Below are positions 58,543-64,000 of a stretch of 64,000 bases of DNA, in pieces. Within the stretch, counting starts at the first letter, position 1. Each line of letters begins with the position of its first letter. A program made the translations under genes and the position numbers. The stretch spans positions 2,304,001 through 2,368,000 of the forward strand of contig CAXXVL010000002.1 in the NCBI GenBank assembly GCA_963667845.2. The letters run 5' to 3'. The notes beneath the pieces were generated by a model. The model did no database searches and was not told the DNA's origin. It saw nothing but the letters and a program-made list of their open reading frames with translations. This DNA is from Smithellaceae bacterium (lineage in GTDB: Bacteria; Desulfobacterota; Syntrophia; Syntrophales; Smithellaceae).

Positions 58543-58719
58543 AACCCAACCTCCGCATAATAGATTCAGTGTTTCTGATCAATTTACGGTGGGGTCCTAC
58601 CACGAACGGCAGGGTTAGGCAAGCCGGAAATAGATGATTATTAAGATAAAATTTTTCTTGATTTAATGAGATTCATCATTTAAATAAAACAGTTCTAAAA
58701 GTTATAGAAAAACTGCAAG

Positions 58720-59106
58720 ATGAAGGAAGTTATGATTGAACCGAATTTTGAAAAATCCGGCGGATTGATTCCCGCCATCGTCCAAGACGCCGAAACGAAA
58801 GATGTATTGATGCTGGCCTACATGAACAAGGATTCGTGGGAGGCGACCCTTCAATCGGGCAAGGCGACGTTCTGGAGCAGGTCACGGCAAAAACTCTGGC
58901 TGAAGGGTGAAAGCTCCGGCAATGTCCAGATGATAAAGAATATTTTCATTGATTGTGATGACGACACGATTCTATTGCAGGTCGATCAGCTGGGCGGCGC
59001 AGCCTGCCATACCGGCCATCGGTCATGTTTTTACCGGAAGCTGGCGGGCGGCGATTTTGAGATCGTCGGCGAAAAAGTCTTTAATCCTGAGGATGTATAT
59101 AAATGA
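58720..59106 (+). CDS. hisI: phosphoribosyl-AMP cyclohydrolase
   Basis: [32 protein letters not shown]. Confidence 0.95.
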   Translation: MKEVMIEPNFEKSGGLIPAIVQDAETKDVLMLAYMNKDSWEATLQSGKATFWSRSRQKLWLKGESSGNVQMIKNIFIDCDDDTILLQVDQLGGAACHTGHRSCFYRKLAGGDFEIVGEKVFNPEDVYK

Positions 59107-59975
59107 ATGTATTGAAATTAGGTATCCCTAAGGGAAGCCTCGAAAATAATACGGTTGATCTGTTTAAGAAAGCCGGCTGGCGAATTACGTATGACAGCCG
59201 CAGCTACTTCCCGGACATCGACGATCCGGAGATTTCCTGCACGCTCGTGCGGGCTCAGGAAATGTCCCGCTACATCGAAGACGGCCACTTGGATCTGGGG
59301 CTGACCGGCATCGACTGGATTATGGAAAACAACTCCGACGTGGTTCCGGTGCAGGACCTGATCTATTCCAAAGTCTCGACCAGACAAGCCCGCTGGGTGC
59401 TGGTGGTGCGGGATGATTCTCCGATCCGTTCCATCGAAGACATGGAAGGCAAACACATTTCCACGGAACTGGTTAACTTTACCAAACGATATTTTGCCGA
59501 AAAGAACATCAAGGTCAGCGTAGAGTTTTCCTGGGGCGCGACGGAGGCGAAAGTTGTGGACGGTCTGGTTGACGCTGTCGTGGAAGTAACGGAAACCGGC
59601 TCGACGATCCGTGCCAACAAATTACGGATCGTCCATGAGCTGATGAGAACCAATACGCAGTTGATTGCCAACCGCGCCGCCTGGGATGATTCCTGGAAGC
59701 GTAAGAAGATAGAACAGATCCGGACACTGCTGACCGGTTCCCTCCTGGCGATGGGCAAGGCGGGCCTTAAGCTCAATGTGGCCAAGGCGAATCTGGACCG
59801 TGTAATGAAACTGTTGCCGTCGCTCAAAGCCCCGACAATCTCCAGCCTCTATTCCGAAGAATGGTTTGCGATTGAAACCGTTGTTGATACAGGTGTTGTG
59901 CGCGATCTGATCCCGCAGCTCGTGGATGCGGGTGCGCAGGGTATTATCGAGTATCCGCTCAACAAAGTCATATAA
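59103..59975 (+). CDS. hisG: ATP phosphoribosyltransferase (long form)
   Basis: [26 protein letters not shown]-terminal regulatory domain. Confidence 0.95.
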   Translation: MNVLKLGIPKGSLENNTVDLFKKAGWRITYDSRSYFPDIDDPEISCTLVRAQEMSRYIEDGHLDLGLTGIDWIMENNSDVVPVQDLIYSKVSTRQARWVLVVRDDSPIRSIEDMEGKHISTELVNFTKRYFAEKNIKVSVEFSWGATEAKVVDGLVDAVVEVTETGSTIRANKLRIVHELMRTNTQLIANRAAWDDSWKRKKIEQIRTLLTGSLLAMGKAGLKLNVAKANLDRVMKLLPSLKAPTISSLYSEEWFAIETVVDTGVVRDLIPQLVDAGAQGIIEYPLNKVI

Positions 59976-59987
59976 ACGGAGGCAGGC

Positions 59988-60578
59988 ATGTCCAGGAAAG
60001 CAAAGGTTGTCCGCAAAACGACGGAAACGGATATCGCGCTCAATATTGATCTGGATCAATCAACCGGCAGCAAAATCGACACCACCATCCCTTTTTTAAA
60101 TCACATGCTGGATCTCTTTGTCCGCCATGGCCAGTTCAAGCTGGTGATTAAAAGCACCGGGGATACGGAAATCGACGATCATCATCTGGTTGAGGATCTG
60201 GGAATTTGCCTGGGACAGGCGGTATGCGAGGCGCTGGGTAAAAAAGCTGGCATCAATCGCTACGGGTCGGCGTCGGTTCCGATGGACGAATGCCTTTGCC
60301 GGGTGGACCTTGATGTTTCCGGCCGGCCTTATCTGATTTACAAGGTCCGGTATGAACGCCGGAAGATCGGCGGTTTTGATCCGGCACTGGTCAAAGAATT
60401 TTTCAAGGCCTTTACCGATCACAGCGGTGTTACGCTGCACATCAATCTTGTTTACGGCAGCAACAGTCATCACATTATTGAAGCCGTGTTTAAAGCGTTT
60501 GCGCGAGCGCTGAGGCAGGCTGTGAACATCAATCCGGAAATTTCAGGGGTTCTGTCGACAAAAGGCACGCTCTGCTAG
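59988..60578 (+). CDS. hisB: imidazoleglycerol-phosphate dehydratase
   Basis: R.T.ETDI, F..HML, DDHH.VED, PMDE, N.HH..EA.FKA, STKG.L. Confidence 0.96.
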   Translation: MSRKAKVVRKTTETDIALNIDLDQSTGSKIDTTIPFLNHMLDLFVRHGQFKLVIKSTGDTEIDDHHLVEDLGICLGQAVCEALGKKAGINRYGSASVPMDECLCRVDLDVSGRPYLIYKVRYERRKIGGFDPALVKEFFKAFTDHSGVTLHINLVYGSNSHHIIEAVFKAFARALRQAVNINPEISGVLSTKGTLC

Positions 60579-60597
60579 AAAGGCTAGGTTTCCTAAC

Positions 60598-61281
60598 GTG
60601 AGAAATATTTTCTCGATAAGAAGAATTTGCTGCGTGATATTGTTTTTCGGGTTCATGGTTTTCTTGCCCGTAAGCCTTTACGCGCAGGAGAAAACGAAGC
60701 CCGTGGAAAAAAATCATGTCCGTCTCGCGGTGCTGCCATTTCAGACTGTGATTCCGGAGGACGAATCCACGACCGTCCGTTGTCCGATTTGCGGCAGCGT
60801 GAATTCCAGCGGCAGTATTGTCAAAGGCGCTGAACAGATTGTTCAGGAAATTTTTATGGACAAGCTGAGGGATGTGAAAGATGTGGACATCATCCCGGCG
60901 GAAAGAGTGGCGGGCGTCTACCAGCGGATTTCCGCGGATTCCCTGAAACAAACGGTATTGCAGGTTCTTGAGCGCGTCGGGAGTGAGGTGCACGCCGATG
61001 TGATGGTAATCGGCTATGTCTACCGCTATCGAGAGCGCGTCGGCTATGACTATTCCGTGGAACGTCCCGCGTCGGTTGGATTTGAGATTCACATGATATC
61101 CGTCAAGAACGGGAACACACTCTGGCGCGGCATTTTCGATAAGACGCAAAAATCGCTCATGGAAGACGTCTTCCAGGCATCTTCTTTTTTCAAGGGAGGC
61201 GCCAAATGGTTGACTGCGCGCCAGTTGGCGAAATTGGGTGTTGATGAAGTTTTTTCGACGTTCACCGGGTTTGAACAATAA
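60598..61281 (+). CDS. exported hypothetical protein with CPICG motif
   Basis: Signal-like N-terminus, LAVLPF, Y.ER.G...SV..PASV.F motif. Confidence 0.7.
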   Translation: MRNIFSIRRICCVILFFGFMVFLPVSLYAQEKTKPVEKNHVRLAVLPFQTVIPEDESTTVRCPICGSVNSSGSIVKGAEQIVQEIFMDKLRDVKDVDIIPAERVAGVYQRISADSLKQTVLQVLERVGSEVHADVMVIGYVYRYRERVGYDYSVERPASVGFEIHMISVKNGNTLWRGIFDKTQKSLMEDVFQASSFFKGGAKWLTARQLAKLGVDEVFSTFTGFEQ

Positions 61282-61409
61282 CGAATCCCTATAGCGAGTT
61301 CATCGAGTGCGCTTTGGCTGCGACCTTCCGTGAACTCGAAGCGTTGTTATTTTCGAGCAGAATATCACGACCGGTATTCTGAATCACTTTTCTATGAAGG
61401 AGTTTTAAG

Positions 61410-62141
61410 TTGCTGATTATCCCGGCGGTTGACATAAAAGGCGGTCAATGCGTCCGTCTGGCGCAGGGCGATTTCAATCGTGTGACGGTCTATGCCGAGA
61501 ACCCCGTGGACATGGCGCGTCTCTGGGCAGGGAAAGGCGCCGAGCGGATTCATATCGTGGATTTGGACGGTTCGGTTGCCGGATTGCCGCAAAACGGGTC
61601 CGTCATTCTGGATATCGCAAAGTCGGTTTCCGTACCGATTGAAGTCGGCGGCGGGATTCGCAGCATGGAGACGGTCAACTATTATCTGCAAAATGGTGTA
61701 TCAAGCGTCATTCTGGGGACCGCGGCGATTCAGGATGAAGACTTTGTCAAGACGGCAGCCCGAATCCATCCCGGAAAAATCATTCTGGGAATCGATGCGC
61801 TGGAAGGTCAGGTCGCTGTCCGGGGCTGGACCGAAAAGACCGGCCAAAACGCCATCGAACTCGCCTCGCGCTATGAAGGTTGCGGAATCCAAGCTATTAT
61901 TTATACGGATATTCATCGTGACGGCATGGAAACCGGCGTGAACGTGGAGCAGACGCGGGCACTCGCGAAGTCGGTATCCATTCCGGTGATTGCATCCGGC
62001 GGGGTAGCCACGCTCGCGGATATTGATCGGTTGCTGGCTGTCAGGGATTGTTCATTTTTCGGCGTAATTGTCGGGCGTGCGCTCTACACGGGGGCGATCG
62101 ATCTGGAAGACGCCGTCGCGAAGACGCGCGAGGTCGCCTGA
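61410..62141 (+). CDS. hisA: ProFAR isomerase
   Basis: IIPAVD...G.CVRL.QG, HIVDLDG, GGGIR, TDI.RDG, ASGG, GRALY. Confidence 0.96.
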   Translation: MLIIPAVDIKGGQCVRLAQGDFNRVTVYAENPVDMARLWAGKGAERIHIVDLDGSVAGLPQNGSVILDIAKSVSVPIEVGGGIRSMETVNYYLQNGVSSVILGTAAIQDEDFVKTAARIHPGKIILGIDALEGQVAVRGWTEKTGQNAIELASRYEGCGIQAIIYTDIHRDGMETGVNVEQTRALAKSVSIPVIASGGVATLADIDRLLAVRDCSFFGVIVGRALYTGAIDLEDAVAKTREVA

Positions 62142-62160
62142 GACCGGGAGAAGGGAGACT

Positions 62161-62505
62161 ATGGCGGATTGTATATTCTGCAAAATCGTGAGAGGGGAGA
62201 TTCCCTGTACGAAAGTCTACGAGGACGATGCCGTGCTGGCTTTTGACGATATTCAGCCGGCCGCGCCGGTGCATGTTGTGATTATTCCCAAAGAGCACAT
62301 TCCGACGCTGATGGACGTCGACGCCGAACAGTCGGATATTTCCCGCAGGCTTTTTGCCGCCATTCAGGCCGTGGCGAAGATTAAGAATGTCGACGAGAGC
62401 GGGTTCCGGCTGGTCGCCAACGTCAAGGCCGATGGAACGCAGCTCGTATATCATCTGCACATGCATTTGCTTGGCGGCAAACGTTTGTCCGAGCGCATGT
62501 GCTAA
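62161..62505 (+). CDS. HIT family nucleotide-binding protein
   Basis: DCIFCKI, DI.P.AP.H, HLHMHLLGG. Confidence 0.93.
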   Translation: MADCIFCKIVRGEIPCTKVYEDDAVLAFDDIQPAAPVHVVIIPKEHIPTLMDVDAEQSDISRRLFAAIQAVAKIKNVDESGFRLVANVKADGTQLVYHLHMHLLGGKRLSERMC

Positions 62506-62519
62506 TTGGAGGTAAAATC

Positions 62520-62966
62520 ATGGATATCAATACAATGATCAATGAACAAATGGTGACGGCGGCCAAAGCCAAAGACAAGATCAGGCTGTCGGCTGTCCGC
62601 ATGCTGAAAACGGCTCTGCACAATAAGGAAATCGATTTGATGCGGCCGCTCAATGAAACGGAAACCATGCAGATCCTGTCCGGACTCGTCAAGCAGAGAA
62701 AGGATTCCATCGAACAGTTTGCCAAGGGCGGCCGTGTGGATCTGGTGGAAAAGGAAGAAGCGGAACTGAAGATTTTGCAGGAATTCATGCCTGCGCAGAT
62801 GTCCGATGAAGACGTGGAAGGGATCATCAGGAAAGCGATCGCTGAAGTGGGCGCCGTCTCCGTCAAGGATATGGGAAAGGTCATGAAGGTGCTGATGCCA
62901 GAGATTACCGGTAAGGCAGATGGAAAGGCCGCCGGTGAAAAAGTGAAGGCGCTATTATCACAATAA
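62520..62966 (+). CDS. GatB/YqeY domain protein
   Basis: K.R.DSIEQF..GGR.DL, DMGKVM, GKADG. Confidence 0.93.
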   Translation: MDINTMINEQMVTAAKAKDKIRLSAVRMLKTALHNKEIDLMRPLNETETMQILSGLVKQRKDSIEQFAKGGRVDLVEKEEAELKILQEFMPAQMSDEDVEGIIRKAIAEVGAVSVKDMGKVMKVLMPEITGKADGKAAGEKVKALLSQ

Positions 62967-63018
62967 GGGCTTTATCCGGAAGTGTTGAATTATCTTGAAT
63001 CAGGCAAGGCAATCATTC

Positions 63019-64000
63019 GTGCGTTTTGATGACAGTAAGATTGAAGAAATTAAAAGCAGGGTGGACATTGTCGAGCTTGCCTCCGAATATCTGACTTTAA
63101 AAAAGGCAGGCAGGAATTATCTGGGCCTTTGTCCTTTTCATCAGGAAAAGACGCCGTCCTTCACCGTCAACCGTGAAAAACAAATTTTCTATTGTTTCGG
63201 TTGCGGAGAAGGGGGTAATGTCATCACCCTGCTGATGAAGATTGCCAATAAAAGTTTTCCCGAAGCCATCAAACATCTCGCGGAAAAGACAGGTGTTATC
63301 CTGCCGGTACGGACCATGAGCAGGGAAGGCCGGGAAAAAGAGAGTCTGCATGATGAGATCATCAGTTTGAATTTAAGGGCGGCGCAGCATTATGCGCGGA
63401 TTCTGGCGTCCGGGGCCGGAAAAACTGCCCGTGATTACCTGCAAAAGAGGGCGGTTACTGAAGAAACCGTCCGGCAATTCCGCCTGGGGTTTGTGCCGGA
63501 TACCTGGCGTTCTCTGACGGATAGTCTGGAGAGCAGCGGGTTATCATTGAAACTGGCTGAACAGGCAGGGCTCGTCATTGCCGGCAAAGAAGGAAGCTTT
63601 TATGATCGCTTTCGCGGTCGATTAATGTTCCCGATAGAAAATATCTTCGGGGAAATCATCGCCTTTGGCGGCCGGATCTTGGGAGAAGGCGAACCCAAAT
63701 ATCTCAACTCGCCGGAATCACCGGTTTATATCAAAGGCAAGAACCTATACGGGCTGCAGAAAGCCAAAGAGTCGATTCGGGAGAAGGGTTTTTGTCTGAT
63801 TGTCGAGGGGTATTTCGACGCCATATCCCTCTGGAACGCCGGTGTGCAAAATGTGGTGGCCACCCTCGGCACAGCGCTCACGCGCGACCACCTGGAACTC
63901 CTGCGGCGGTATACTCAGGATGTCGTGGCGCTGTTCGATCCCGATGCGGCCGGACGAAAGGCGCTGGATCGTTCCCTCGAGCTGTTTCTCGGGGCGAACA
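63019..64000 (+). CDS. dnaG: DNA primase, 5' part (runs off the window; absent from the ORF track)
   Basis: Manual translation gives LCPFHQEKTPSF, CFGC zinc finger, DRFRGRLMFPI, FGGR, PKYLNSPE, VEGYFD, ATLGTA, FDPDAAG. Confidence 0.95.
   Translation, partial: MRFDDSKIEEIKSRVDIVELASEYLTLKKAGRNYLGLCPFHQEKTPSFTVNREKQIFYCFGCGEGGNVITLLMKIANKSFPEAIKHLAEKTGVILPVRTMSREGREKESLHDEIISLNLRAAQHYARILASGAGKTARDYLQKRAVTEETVRQFRLGFVPDTWRSLTDSLESSGLSLKLAEQAGLVIAGKEGSFYDRFRGRLMFPIENIFGEIIAFGGRILGEGEPKYLNSPESPVYIKGKNLYGLQKAKESIREKGFCLIVEGYFDAISLWNAGVQNVVATLGTALTRDHLELLRRYTQDVVALFDPDAAGRKALDRSLELFLGAN

Noticed and set aside
63097..63351. 84-aa minus-strand ORF
   Set aside because: Antisense to dnaG.

Overview
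64 kb of bacterial chromosome, probably from an anaerobic deltaproteobacterium of the Syntrophales type. That placement is inferred from gene content (beta-oxidation genes, CoA-transferase, TRAP and LIV transporters, GTP-PEPCK, multiheme cytochromes) and was not checked by a search. Ordinary content includes Ada/AlkA-Ogt, EmrAB, an XRE-LIV-CoA transferase-SDR-Hbd-thiolase catabolic operon, a DUF2892-TolC-MFP-RND operon, a cytochrome c/NrfC/NrfD module, pckG, biotin carboxylase, TRAP, hisI-G-B-A, HIT, YqeY and the start of dnaG. The main finding is two selenoprotein genes that the ORF track truncates. One is a DsbA/FrnE-like U-P-F-C protein (33350..33943). The other is an ArsR/SmtB repressor with an in-frame UGA (8879..9229). 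Both have a SECIS-like hairpin with GGUCU at +22 from the UGA. The Sec-ArsR shares an operator-like palindrome with the adjacent operon, which encodes a Cys/Met-rich peptide, a small membrane protein and an MddA/NnrU-like membrane methyltransferase. Together these form a candidate selenocysteine-based sensing and methylation system. The non-coding DNA also shows triply nested 18-nt mini-hairpin insertions (9404..9552), a 202-bp direct repeat flanking a diguanylate cyclase, a nested MITE/REP cluster (38311..39094) and a candidate structured RNA (26041..26299). I saw no tRNA, rRNA, CRISPR array or transposase.
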